Origin: Candidatus Binataceae bacterium
GTDB taxonomy: Bacteria > Desulfobacterota > Binatia > Binatales > Binataceae
Reading direction: 5' to 3'
Assembly: GCA_050011435.1 (NCBI GenBank)
Contig: JBEKJC010000008.1
Coordinates: 75,941-139,940, forward strand
Length of the DNA: 64,000 nucleotides
In this document: one piece after another, positions 42,304 through 51,958 of the stretch
Numbering within the stretch: position 1 is the first letter of the stretch
How the letters are laid out: each line of letters begins with the position of its first letter
Position numbers and translations under genes: made by a program
Notes under the pieces: model-generated
The model's database searches: none
What the model saw: the letters and a program-made list of their open reading frames with translations, nothing else
What the model was told of the DNA's origin: nothing

Positions 42304-43035
42304 CTAGTCGGGATCGAATTCCGCTTCATTGGATGAGCAGGGATCGCGGTCGGAGTCGGAATCCGGGTCGGTGGGGCGGCGGAAACCGAGCAGGGTGGAC
42401 ACCCGATCGAGAATGAAATCGTGCCACGCGCGACTACCGATCAGATCGGGCCGCAGGGTATCGAGATGGGCGAGGCCCATGATCGTCACCTGTAAGAACA
42501 GGGCGGCGAAATCGGGATCGAGGTTGGGGTCGACAGTTCCGCTCTTTTGTGCGGCCGAGACACTGCGGGAGATGACGCGCGCGGCTTCCTCGTTGACCTT
42601 GGACAGCAGGGCCATCGCGTCGTGGGCGCGGCTGCCGGCATCATGAATTTCGAGCGAGAGCTGCCGAATCAGCTTGTACTCCGGAGTGGTATAGCTGGCG
42701 GCGAATTCCGGCAGATCGGAGGCGTCGAGTTGGGCGGGTTCGAGGACGCGAACGCTGGTCGGCAAAGTTGCCAAGGCGTAGCGGACGACCTCGACCAGCA
42801 ATTGCGCCTTGCTCTCGAAATGGCGATAGATGGCGCCGGGAGTAATGCCGCTGCGCTTGGCAATCGCGGGCATCGAGGTGTGCGCGAAGCCGTGGGTGGC
42901 GAAGAGCTGGGCGGCGGAGATCAGGATGCGGTCGCTGGTGGCGGCCTGCGCGGAGGGGTCGCCGAGCGGCTGGCCCGGGAGAGCGTTTGCGCGCGCGCGC
43001 CTGGGGGCTTTGGAACCTGATGCCGACTTTTTCAC
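42304..43035 (-). CDS. TetR-family regulator
   Basis: HTH ILISAAQLFATHGFAHTSMPAIAKRSGITPGAIYRHFESK. Confidence 0.9.
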   Translation of the reverse strand: MKKSASGSKAPRRARANALPGQPLGDPSAQAATSDRILISAAQLFATHGFAHTSMPAIAKRSGITPGAIYRHFESKAQLLVEVVRYALATLPTSVRVLEPAQLDASDLPEFAASYTTPEYKLIRQLSLEIHDAGSRAHDAMALLSKVNEEAARVISRSVSAAQKSGTVDPNLDPDFAALFLQVTIMGLAHLDTLRPDLIGSRAWHDFILDRVSTLLGFRRPTDPDSDSDRDPCSSNEAEFDPD

Positions 43036-43160
43036 TTTTTCACTATCTCACAGGCCCTCAGAGTTTCCGAAAGCCGAGGTTGATTCAAGAGTCGCGAGCA
43101 CGCAGCACGACGCGCCGGAGCAGGCGCCCGCGAAGGGTTTTGGCGCGATGCCGATTATCC

Positions 43161-43189
43161 TTGACAAGTAAATGGACATTCACTAGGTT
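43161..43189 (+). promoter_or_regulatory. Sigma70-type promoter with overlapping palindromic (TetR-like) operator
   Basis: TTGACA-17bp-TAGGTT; the spacer holds the imperfect palindrome AGTAAATG-GA-CATTCACT; divergent TetR gene adjacent. Confidence 0.6.
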
Positions 43190-43471
43190 TCGGAAGAGTA
43201 CTACTGACACCTCAATTTACTGTTGTTGGAAGGGGACCCCAATGACGGAAATAAACCAGCGCTTGCGCCGAGGCGGTCCATAACCGCGACCTCAAGAGGG
43301 GATGCCCGTCAAGCGGACGTCCGTGGAGGACCGATCGCGGTCGTCGCGGATGCGCGTTCGGTGGATTGACTAGTATAGTTGCGGCGCCAGCACGCGGTCG
43401 CGGGTTTGAGCTTCGGAAATTCAAAATCCCTCACCGGGCAGGGAACACCCGATGAGGACGGAGGATCCAAT

Positions 43472-45187
43472 ATGGCCGAATTTGACGTAGTAATCAGTGG
43501 CGGAATGGTGGTCGACGGTACGCGGTTGCCGCGTTACCAGGCCGACGTCGGAATCAAGGATGGCAAGGTTGCGAAGATCGGCAACCTCAAGAAGCATAGT
43601 GCCGATAAGAGGATCGATGCGACGGGGAAGATCGTCGCGCCGGGCTTCGTCGACCTGCACACGCATTACGATGCGCAGCTCTTCTGGGATCCGTATTGTT
43701 CGATCTCGAGCTGGCACGGTGTGACTTCGCTGGTGATCGGCAATTGCGGCTTCGGCTTCGCGCCGGTCAAGCCCGATTTTCGCGAGCGTGCGATGTTAAC
43801 GATGACGCGGACCGAGGCGATACCCTATGCGTCGATGAAGGCGGGTCTGCCGTGGGACTGGGTAACTTATCCGGAGTTCCTCGACAGCGTTGAGCGCCGT
43901 CCCAAGGGCGTCAACCTGCTGCCGTTCGTGCCGATGGCACCGGTGATGGTGTGGGCGATGGGACTGGAGGCGGCCAAGTCGGGCCGCATGCCGACCGAGG
44001 CCGAGACCAATGAGATGAAGCGCATCGTCAACGAGGCGATGGACCATGGCGCGTGCGGATGGTCGGCGCAGCGCTTTGGCCAGAATAGCGTGCAGGCCGA
44101 TTACGACGGCACCCCGATGGTGACGGACCTGATGCACGACGAGACCGCATTGGCGCTGGCGAGCGTGCTCGGCGAGCGCAACGAAGGCTTCATCCAGATG
44201 TCGTATGTTCCGGATGCCAGCAAGTACGAGGGCGACGGACAGAGCCATTCGGAGAAGCATTACGAGGAACTGGCGCTGGTGAGCGGCCGTCCGATTCTGT
44301 ACAACGCGATCGCCGTCAATGACATGTATCCGGAACGCTACAAGCATCAACTCAAGTGGCTTGAAAGCTGCGCCAAGCGCGGTATCCGGGTGCTCGGTCA
44401 GAGCGTGACGCTGGAACTGAACTTCGCGTTCACCTTCAAGGACTGGAACCTGTGGGACGACATGCCGGCGTGGCGTGAGTGCACGGTTGGACCGATCGAA
44501 GATCGGCTGATGAAGCTGTCGGATCCGGAGCGCCGTCCGGAGTTGCGCAAGGTCGTGCAGACCGGACTGATCACGAACAAGATCGACGAGATCATCGTGC
44601 TCGAGTGCAAGCGCGAGGACTTGAAGAAGTACGAGAATAAGACGATCGGCGAGATCGCGAAGGCCGAGAACAAGCACGTCGTCGATGCGATGCTCGATAT
44701 CGCATGCGCGGACGGGCTCAACACGGACTTCTACACGCCGCCGACCAACATGAACGTGAAGAACATGGCCGAGATGATCCATTCGGACTCGCAGGTGATC
44801 TTCGGGGTTTCCGATGGCGGCGCGCATACCAAGTTCTTCACCGGCGGCCGTTATCCGTCGGAGGCGCTGATCAAATGCGTGCGCGACAATCCGGTAATGT
44901 CGCTGGAGGAAGCGCATTTCCGCCTGAGCGCCCAGCCAGCGATGTGCGCGGGGTTCAAGAATCGCGGCACGCTGGTGGAAGGCGCCGCGGCCGACGTCGT
45001 GGTTTACGACTTCGATAACCTGAAGATTCTGCCGATGGAAATCGTGCACGACTTCCCGGGTGGCGAATGGCGCCGGGTGCAGCGGGCCGAAGGTTACAAG
45101 GCGGTGCTCGTCAACGGTCAGGCGATTATCGAGGACGACAAGGAGACCGGAGCGTTCCCGGGACGCCTGCTGCGTAACGGCGGCTGA
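43472..45187 (+). CDS. N-acyl-D-amino-acid deacylase family amidohydrolase
   Basis: APGFVDLHTHYD, GNCGFGFAP, SDGGAH. RBS GGAGG. Confidence 0.92.
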   Translation: MAEFDVVISGGMVVDGTRLPRYQADVGIKDGKVAKIGNLKKHSADKRIDATGKIVAPGFVDLHTHYDAQLFWDPYCSISSWHGVTSLVIGNCGFGFAPVKPDFRERAMLTMTRTEAIPYASMKAGLPWDWVTYPEFLDSVERRPKGVNLLPFVPMAPVMVWAMGLEAAKSGRMPTEAETNEMKRIVNEAMDHGACGWSAQRFGQNSVQADYDGTPMVTDLMHDETALALASVLGERNEGFIQMSYVPDASKYEGDGQSHSEKHYEELALVSGRPILYNAIAVNDMYPERYKHQLKWLESCAKRGIRVLGQSVTLELNFAFTFKDWNLWDDMPAWRECTVGPIEDRLMKLSDPERRPELRKVVQTGLITNKIDEIIVLECKREDLKKYENKTIGEIAKAENKHVVDAMLDIACADGLNTDFYTPPTNMNVKNMAEMIHSDSQVIFGVSDGGAHTKFFTGGRYPSEALIKCVRDNPVMSLEEAHFRLSAQPAMCAGFKNRGTLVEGAAADVVVYDFDNLKILPMEIVHDFPGGEWRRVQRAEGYKAVLVNGQAIIEDDKETGAFPGRLLRNGG

Positions 45188-45220
45188 TCTGCGCTAGTTT
45201 TCAGACAACTGTTGGTAACA

Positions 45221-45260
45221 GACGAGGGCCGGCAATCGCCGGCCCTCGTCGTTTTCTGTT
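45221..45260 (+). terminator. Rho-independent terminator
   Basis: GACGAGGGCCGGC-AATC-GCCGGCCCTCGTC 13-bp stem followed by GTTTTCTGTT. Confidence 0.85.
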
Positions 45261-45282
45261 ACAGGAAAGAGAAGGGGGGAGG

Positions 45283-45494
45283 GTTGTTGAGGAACGCGGA
45301 ACCTTTGGTTTCTTTCTGAAACCTCATAGAGGTTTCAGACTTCCCGTTTGATGGAAGAGGGTAGCGATATGCGCAGGATACCGCCCTTCCCGCAGGACTT
45401 AGCCGACTACCCGAGCATCGCGAGCGTCAATCATGATGAGGTTTCAGACTTCCCGTTGGGGTGAGGTCATCGATTGGCGCTCGCGATGCTCGGG
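45283..45494 (+). repeat. Modular element copy E
   Basis: Palindrome at 45316-45338, half site at 45438, R module inverted pair at 45410-45432 and 45472-45494. Confidence 0.9.
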
Positions 45495-45518
45495 CTGATC
45501 TGCTAACCGGAGTGGACC

Positions 45519-46271
45519 ATGCTGCGATGGGGTCGCGTTCTCATTGGGTGCGGAGTTGGGGTTGTCGCCCTCTTCGCCTACGTGCGGTTCTTCGGCTGTC
45601 AGACCGAGCTGGCGGTAGACGCATGGTATTTGGGTTGGAAATACCCAATCCTCTGGAAAGTGCCCGCAGAACTTAGCGACCAGTCAATTTCCAACTCTCC
45701 GGGCCGACGATTTTCTTATCTCGGCTACGACTTCGAGGTGCCTTGGGACGACTTGGACAAAGAGCACACGAAGCCCATACGAACTTGGCTGGTAATCAAC
45801 TTTCAGTCTGGAAAAACGATCGTATTCATGGGTCACCAACCGGACGGCCTTCTGAAGGCATTCAGGCGTGAAGAAGTTATCCGAGAGCGATATGGTGATG
45901 ACTATGCCACCCTTCGCCAGATACTCGACGCTTCCCCTGATAAACTCACACCGTTTACGTCGCGACGGGAGGCAATCGGCGAGTTCTGGTCCCTGAATTT
46001 CAAGCAGGCATTCATGATAAACGGGGAGTCAGGTGTCTTTCTGATCGGAACGCCAGACTTCCGAGGCTTCCAATACGGGAACCCAAAGACCGGTAATCGC
46101 GAGATTAGGGACGAGCTTTACTCTGAGCAGGGTAGTATCGGGTTTATGTTCCGAAGCAGGAACTCGGTCTCCATCTCGCAAGCGGAAATCAATCGCGTAA
46201 TACAGAGCGTCCGGCGAACGGGCGACCAAAGCCTGGGATCTAATACTACCGGCGCACAGCCGGCCCACTAA
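45519..46271 (+). CDS. Orphan hypothetical protein with N-terminal membrane anchor
   Basis: 250-aa ORF; visibly more AT-rich codons than its neighbours; bracketed by repeat copies E and F. Confidence 0.7.
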   Translation: MLRWGRVLIGCGVGVVALFAYVRFFGCQTELAVDAWYLGWKYPILWKVPAELSDQSISNSPGRRFSYLGYDFEVPWDDLDKEHTKPIRTWLVINFQSGKTIVFMGHQPDGLLKAFRREEVIRERYGDDYATLRQILDASPDKLTPFTSRREAIGEFWSLNFKQAFMINGESGVFLIGTPDFRGFQYGNPKTGNREIRDELYSEQGSIGFMFRSRNSVSISQAEINRVIQSVRRTGDQSLGSNTTGAQPAH

Positions 46272-46424
46272 GCCGAATTCTGGATCTCAGCGTTATAACC
46301 TAGCGGGCGCGGAGCCTGTCCTCGGCGAGGCGCCGCCCGCGATGACGGAAGCGTCGCGAGCCGGTTAGCGTAAGGTGAGCGTGTGGCCGTCACGCGACGA
46401 GAGTCAATCGTCACGAAGTTCTAG

Positions 46425-46510
46425 CAGGGCGAAGCCCGCATCTTACCAAAAGGGAAGTCTGAAACCTCTATGAGGTTTCAGAGACCTATAAGTTTTGGGT
46501 TCCTCAACAA
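46425..46510 (-). repeat. Modular element copy F (inverted end)
   Basis: CAGGGCGAAGCCCGCATCTTACCAAAAGGGAAGT, palindrome at 46459-46481, then GTTCCTCAACAA. Confidence 0.9.
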
Positions 46511-46517
46511 ATGGAAT

Positions 46518-46612
46518 ACGCGCGGGGGACCGCGCGAGATCCTTCGACTCCGGCAGCCTTCGCTCAGGATGACGGAGGGGGGCAGCCGGTAATCAGGATG
46601 ACGGGAGGGGGC
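46518..46612. repeat. CGTC-type REP-like half repeat with duplicated tail
   Basis: ...AGATCCTTCG...CTTCGCTCAGGATGACGGAGGGGGGC; the TCAGGATGACGG tail occurs twice. Confidence 0.7.
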
Positions 46613-46621
46613 GCCCGGCGA

Positions 46622-47713
46622 TCACGCCGACGGCTTGGCGGGCAGCGACTCGAACCACGGCAGCACCAGCCGTTCGTTGATCGAATAGGGGAAGGCGTGG
46701 CCCCATTCGGGCAATTCCTCGTAGGTCGCGTTGTAGCCGATCTGGGTGAGCAGGTTGCAGGTCTGGCGCGTGAAGGCGACCGGAAAGATGAAGTCGTGGA
46801 CGCCGTGGACGACGAAGATGGGGGTGTCCTTGCCGCGCCCCTCGCGCAACATCTGGTCGACCACGAGATGCAGCGCGCCGGCGACCGGGGCAAGGCCGCG
46901 AAACAGTCGGCTCTGCTCGAGCCCGAGGATGTAGGTGAAGATGCCGCCGTCGGACAGGCCGCTCAGATAGACGCGCGCGGGATCGATGGAGTACTCGCGG
47001 GTGACTTCCTCGAACATGCGCGTCACGGAGCGAGTATCGCGGCTCGGCACCGTCATGTCCCAGGTGTTGCCCCATGACTTGGGCGCGAGGATCGCATAGC
47101 CGCCGCTGCGCGCCGGCCGCAGCCACGTCCATACGTACTCCGAGCCCTGGCCGTAGCCGCCGTGGAGCGCGACGATCAGCGGGAGGGGACGGTCAGACGA
47201 ATAATCCTCCGGAATGTAGAGCGTGTAATCCGAGCGCTGGTCGTTGCGCTCGCGCTGGATGAATCCGGTGGCGGCGGCGCCGGGTATCGCGGGCGCGGCG
47301 GGCGCCTGCGCCCCGGGTATCAGGAAGTACGCGGCGACGATCGGGAGTTGGTCGCGCAATTCGTAGAGCTGGTAGAGGCCGCGGCAAAACGCGCCGCGGC
47401 TGTAGAGAAAAGCGACCGTCCAATCGCGGCTGGGTTTGGTCATAAAGAGGTTGCACGCCTTGCCCAGTTCGGTGATGGCGGAGCACAGCCGCTGATGCAG
47501 ATCCGCCATCGCGGCGGGCGGCGTCAACGGCGCGAAGGTCGAATCGAAGCGGCGAAAGGTATCGCCGACGGCGGCCACCAGTTGCGCCTGGCTCTCGGCC
47601 ACGGCGCCGAGCCGCAGGTCTTCCTGGATGGTCTCGAAGGCGCGCAGGAAGGTCAGGATTTCATGCTGAAGCGTCGTCAGCGTCTGCGTGTAGGTGCGGT
47701 CGTCGTGTGCCAT
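46622..47713 (-). CDS. Alpha/beta-hydrolase (esterase-like) with helical N-terminal domain
   Basis: PLIVALHGG, YLSGLSDGG nucleophile elbow, VHGVHD, WGH. Confidence 0.8.
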   Translation of the reverse strand: MAHDDRTYTQTLTTLQHEILTFLRAFETIQEDLRLGAVAESQAQLVAAVGDTFRRFDSTFAPLTPPAAMADLHQRLCSAITELGKACNLFMTKPSRDWTVAFLYSRGAFCRGLYQLYELRDQLPIVAAYFLIPGAQAPAAPAIPGAAATGFIQRERNDQRSDYTLYIPEDYSSDRPLPLIVALHGGYGQGSEYVWTWLRPARSGGYAILAPKSWGNTWDMTVPSRDTRSVTRMFEEVTREYSIDPARVYLSGLSDGGIFTYILGLEQSRLFRGLAPVAGALHLVVDQMLREGRGKDTPIFVVHGVHDFIFPVAFTRQTCNLLTQIGYNATYEELPEWGHAFPYSINERLVLPWFESLPAKPSA

Positions 47714-47926
47714 TGCCGGATCCTCGTGGCGCGACAATAGCCGAATCGATGCGCGACGGGATAGCAATTCGGGCGCGGAAAACGACGGCGGCGCCGACCG
47801 TGGCGCGGCGCATTGCGAAGTTTGTATGGAGTGGATTAGAAGATGAATCAAGGCGTGTTTGCGCTGAATTAGCCGGGGCGACAGCCGATCGACCAAAGTT
47901 CGAGTTAAATGACGATCGCGGAGTTC

Positions 47927-47974
47927 TTGACAAGATTGCGGGAGTTTCCTATAAACCAAGCAAGCGTTTGTTTT
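47927..47974 (+). promoter_or_regulatory. Sigma70 promoter plus TetR-type operator
   Basis: TTGACA-17bp-TATAAA overlapped by the imperfect palindrome AAACCAAGCAAGCGTTTGTTTT. Confidence 0.65.
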
Positions 47975-48037
47975 AGACCGAAGCCTGAAAGCTGTATTTC
48001 CGGGGCAGCGGTACTAACGACTCAGGAGATCATTTAA

Positions 48038-49051
48038 ATGTTCGAGACCGAACATCACGTACAGAGCGAATACGAAACGATCTATCAGCGCGATTATTCG
48101 GTGCATGCGCCCGATATGCGCCGCCTCTATGAGAACGCCAAGCGCGATCAGTGGAATGTGTCGAAGGATATCGACTGGTCGATGCCGGTGGATCTCGACA
48201 AGGGGATTTTCGCCGAAGGCATGATCGACGGCTACGGCAGTCCGCTGTACGAGAAGCTCGACGCCAAGACCAAGCGCGAACTCAACGTGGAATTCTCCTG
48301 CTGGCGGCTGTCGCAACTGCTGCACGGCGAGGAGGGTGCGATGCTCGCGTGCAGCCAGTTGGTCGATATGGTGCCGACCAACGACGCGAAGTTTTTTCAG
48401 TGCACGCAGGTGGTGGACGAGGCGCGGCATGCCGAGGTTTTGAGCCGCTACCTGGCGGAGAAGTGCGACGGCCGCGTCTATCCGATGAGCAAGAATATTA
48501 AAGTACTGTTCGACTACCTGCTCGGCCAGGGCAAATGGTTTATCAAGACCGCGGGTCTGCAGTTGGTTGCGGAGACTTTCGCGGTCGGACTGTTCCGCAT
48601 GCTCGCGGAGACCTCGCAGGATCCGCTGTTGAAGACCATCAGCAAGAAAATCCTGCAGGACGAATCGCGGCACATGGGCTTTTCGGTAATCGGGCTGCCC
48701 GAAATGATCGCGTCGTTGAGCCCGAGCGACTTCACGGAACTTGAGGATTTCACCGCGGAGGCCTGCCGCCTCGTATTGCGCGGACAGTTCCCGCGGCCGG
48801 CGTTCGAGAAGGTCGGCTTCAACCAGACCGAGATCGACGAGATCCAGCGCTATCGTATCGAAAACGCGAAGAGCAACGATTACGTTTATTTCCGTCAGAT
48901 ATTCCGGCGCGAGATGTACACGCAGGTCGTATCGAACATGAAGAAGGTCGGCCTGATGAGCGAACGCACCAAAGAAAATCTGCGCAAGCTCGGTATCGAC
49001 CCGAATATCGATGGACGTGCGGCGACGCTCGAACAGCAGCCCGGCGCATGA
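48038..49051 (+). CDS. Ferritin-like di-iron oxygenase/desaturase
   Basis: HGEEGA...DEARH...AE...DESRH di-iron ligands. RBS AGGAG. Confidence 0.85.
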   Translation: MFETEHHVQSEYETIYQRDYSVHAPDMRRLYENAKRDQWNVSKDIDWSMPVDLDKGIFAEGMIDGYGSPLYEKLDAKTKRELNVEFSCWRLSQLLHGEEGAMLACSQLVDMVPTNDAKFFQCTQVVDEARHAEVLSRYLAEKCDGRVYPMSKNIKVLFDYLLGQGKWFIKTAGLQLVAETFAVGLFRMLAETSQDPLLKTISKKILQDESRHMGFSVIGLPEMIASLSPSDFTELEDFTAEACRLVLRGQFPRPAFEKVGFNQTEIDEIQRYRIENAKSNDYVYFRQIFRREMYTQVVSNMKKVGLMSERTKENLRKLGIDPNIDGRAATLEQQPGA

Positions 49052-49103
49052 TGCCGTCAAATAAGGGTGGGGTGAACCGGTTGCACGGATGACTCGTTAA
49101 CCG

Positions 49104-49700
49104 ATGCCCAACTCGCCGGCTCAAGCGCTTCGTGCGCCTCGGCAAGACAACCGCCGCGCCCAGTTACTGGACGCGGCGGCGCGTCTTTTCCGTGAGCGCG
49201 GTTTCCATGCGACCTCGATGCGCGATATCGCCAAGGGGGTCGGGATGCTCTCGGGGTCGATCTACTACCACTTCGATTCGAAGGAGGAGATGCTGCTCGC
49301 CGTTTACCAGGAGGGCGAGCGGCGGGTGGCCGAAGCGGTGGATGCGGCAGTCGCGGGCGAGACCGAGCCGTGGCGGCGGCTCGAGGCGGCATGCGCTGCG
49401 CATCTGCGCGCGCTAATCACGCATCGCGACTACTCGCAGGTGATGATCCAGACGTCGCCGCGCGAAGCGGCGGGGGCGGCGGAAGCGCACATCCGCGAAT
49501 TGCGACGGGATTACGAGCAGCGGTTTCGACGGCTAATCGACGATCTCAAGCTGCCACCCGAAATCGATCGGCATTATCTGCGGCTGCTGCTGTTCGGCGC
49601 GCTGAACTGGTCGCCGGTCTGGTACCGCACGGGCGGCGATTCGCCGGAAATCGTCGCACGCCGGTTTCTGGATACGCTGCGCAAACAACTCGAGGTTTAG
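49104..49700 (+). CDS. TetR-family regulator (AtuR/KstR2-like)
   Basis: AARLFRERGFHATSMRDIA..GSIYYHF; C-terminal GALNW..VWY. Confidence 0.9.
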   Translation: MPNSPAQALRAPRQDNRRAQLLDAAARLFRERGFHATSMRDIAKGVGMLSGSIYYHFDSKEEMLLAVYQEGERRVAEAVDAAVAGETEPWRRLEAACAAHLRALITHRDYSQVMIQTSPREAAGAAEAHIRELRRDYEQRFRRLIDDLKLPPEIDRHYLRLLLFGALNWSPVWYRTGGDSPEIVARRFLDTLRKQLEV

Positions 49701-49747
49701 CGGAGGGCGCTCGCCCGAGGTGGTCGCGTTCGCGTTCGCGAATACGA

Positions 49748-50155
49748 TCACTCTTTGGGCTTTTCGATCTCGACCGGGCCGCCGGCTTCTTTCCATGCAC
49801 GGAAGCCGCCCTCGATGTGGCAGACCGGCTCGAGTCCCATTTGCTGTACGGCCTGCGTCGCGAGTGCCGAGCGCAAGCCGCCGGCGCAGAAGAACACGAA
49901 TTTTTTACCCGTCCCGAAGATATTCTTGTAGTAGGGGCTTTCCGGATCGACCCAGAACTCAAGCATCCCGCGCGGGGCGTGGAAGGCGCCCGGGATGCGG
50001 CCGTCGCGCGCGAGTTCGCGGATGTCGCGGAGATCCACCAGCACGACGTTGGGATCGTCCTTGAGCGGAATCGCGTCGCGCGCCTGCAGCGTCTCGATTT
50101 CCTTGTAGGCGTCGGCGACGAGTTGCTTGATGCCCTTTTTCAGTTTCAGCGCCAT
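49748..50155 (-). CDS. Rhodanese-like protein
   Basis: VDLRD, PRGMLEF, FCAGGLRS, GGFRAW. Confidence 0.92.
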   Translation of the reverse strand: MALKLKKGIKQLVADAYKEIETLQARDAIPLKDDPNVVLVDLRDIRELARDGRIPGAFHAPRGMLEFWVDPESPYYKNIFGTGKKFVFFCAGGLRSALATQAVQQMGLEPVCHIEGGFRAWKEAGGPVEIEKPKE

Positions 50156-50207
50156 GATCGTGACCTCGGTTTACTCCGCTTGGCGGCCCGGAGCGGGAAG
50201 GGGGAGA

Positions 50208-50558
50208 GAGAACCGTTGAAACCTTTGAAAGGTTTCAAACTTCCAACAGTGAACAAGATTGATAGGTCTTGCGTGCGATATCATTGAGACCTTTCACGGG
50301 TGCGCAAGCGGAGGTTGGCCCTTTCCAGGCTGACAGAGGAGCGGGGATTCTCGAGCTCTAAGGGTCCCGCTCCGTCGCGGCGGTCCCGCAGATTGCGCAT
50401 CTAATTCCAGAGGGCATTATTACTGTCACCCCTACGGAAAACCTATCACCAAATTGCTGATGGCAGCCAGGACAACGGCATTTCAACTCGCGCGATTCAG
50501 ACCATCATGTTTATTCATTGTGGGAAGTTTGAAACCTTTCGAAGGTTTCAAGTTTCTC
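50208..50558. repeat. Modular element copy G: divergent variant, inverted pair around ~220 bp of unique interior
   Basis: TTGAAACCTT-N3-AAGGTTTCAA at 50216-50238 and 50529-50551; ~60-bp imperfect inverted arms. Confidence 0.8.
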
Positions 50559-50721
50559 GCTCCCTGCATCCCCACCGGGTCGCACGATTCTCAAAAAATG
50601 CGGTTGTGCGCTATAGTCCGCGCCGGATCATCCGAATCGTCAGAATTCGATTGAGTTCGATGCGGACTGCTCCGAAGCTCCGATCGTGGAAGGAAACGCC
50701 CATTTGGAAGGAGGTGCCCAC

Positions 50722-51930
50722 TTGCCCAACCGTGCGCTGAGCGATTTGCGAGTGGTCGAATATGCCGAGATGGTCTCGGGGCCGATGTGCGGCAAGATGT
50801 TCGCCGACATGGGCGCCGAAGTGATCAAGCTCGAGGCTCCGGGGCGGGGCGACGAGGCCCGCAGCCATCCGCCATATCCGGGCGACGTCCCACATCCCGA
50901 AAAGAGCGGCTTCTTTTTGTATCTCAACACCAGCAAGAAGAGCCTGACGCTCGATCCGGCCACGCCGCGCGGTGCAGAAATCTTCAAGCGGCTGATTGCG
51001 GACGCCGACATCCTGATCGAGAACCATCGGCCGGGCTACCTCGCGAGTATCGGGCTCGGATTCGAGACGCTGCACGGGCTGAATCCGCGGCTGATCGTGA
51101 CGTCGATAACGCCGTTCGGGCAGACCGGTCCGTATCGCGACTGGAAGGGCACCGACCTGATCGAATGGGCGATGAGTCTTACCGGCTACAACACGCCGAC
51201 GCTGGTCGATGACGTGGCGAAGGAAAATCCGCTGCGCGCGCCCGGTCATGCCGCCGAGATGATGGGCGCGACCAACGCCGCGGCGGCCTCGATGATGGCG
51301 CTGTTCCATCGCGACGCGACCGGCGAGGGCGAATGGGTTGACGCGCCGTGCTGGCAGGCGACGGTGAACACGTCGAAGCTCGAAATGGCGGCGTACTCCT
51401 ACGTCGGCATCCCGTTCAGCCGGCAACGCGCCAACGTGCAGGTCGGGCTGGAGCCGCTGCCGTGCCGCGACGGCTACATCTATACGTTGTGGGCGGCCGA
51501 CGCTCATTGGAAGGCGCTCAAAACGCTGCTCGGCAATCCGGCGGAACTTGCCAACGCGATTTTCGACACCCATGCGGGCCGTCACGAGAACGACGATATT
51601 TTGCGCACGCTGATACGCGAGGAACTCGCGCAGCACGACATGGATCATCTCGTGACCGAAGGGCAGCGGCTGGGTCTGACGATCGGGCCGGTGCATACGG
51701 TGGCGCAGGCGGCGCACAATCCGCATCTGCGGGCGCGCGGCGCATTCGTCGAGATCGATCATCCGGTGGCAGGGCGTTTCGAGTATCCGCGATCGCTCGT
51801 GCAGATGAGCGGGACGCCGCCTCATTCGACACGCGCGCCGCTGCTCGGTGAGCATAACGTCGAGATACTCGGCCGGCTGGGCTACAGCAGCAAGGATCTG
51901 CCGGGACTTCGCGCGGCCGGCGCAATTTAG
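50722..51930 (+). CDS. Class III CoA-transferase subunit (Glu at the apparent catalytic Asp position)
   Basis: RVVEYAEMVSGP, GAEVIKLE, NTSKKS. TTG start after AAGGAGGT. Confidence 0.88.
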   Translation: MPNRALSDLRVVEYAEMVSGPMCGKMFADMGAEVIKLEAPGRGDEARSHPPYPGDVPHPEKSGFFLYLNTSKKSLTLDPATPRGAEIFKRLIADADILIENHRPGYLASIGLGFETLHGLNPRLIVTSITPFGQTGPYRDWKGTDLIEWAMSLTGYNTPTLVDDVAKENPLRAPGHAAEMMGATNAAAASMMALFHRDATGEGEWVDAPCWQATVNTSKLEMAAYSYVGIPFSRQRANVQVGLEPLPCRDGYIYTLWAADAHWKALKTLLGNPAELANAIFDTHAGRHENDDILRTLIREELAQHDMDHLVTEGQRLGLTIGPVHTVAQAAHNPHLRARGAFVEIDHPVAGRFEYPRSLVQMSGTPPHSTRAPLLGEHNVEILGRLGYSSKDLPGLRAAGAI

Positions 51931-51958
51931 CGGGACGCCGGGAAACTATGAAAAGAGA

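Noticed and set aside
45283-46424. Integron cassette/attC interpretation
   Set aside because: No intI. The TATAAC...GTTAGCG segment (~46293-46370) fits the R''/R' consensus poorly, and housekeeping genes in mixed orientation lie between the repeats.
43796-51855. Long antisense ORFs (43796-45049, 48014-49060, 50611-51855; likewise 6141-7094 and 20811-21752)
   Set aside because: Shadow ORFs of high-GC genes that have clear families on the opposite strand.
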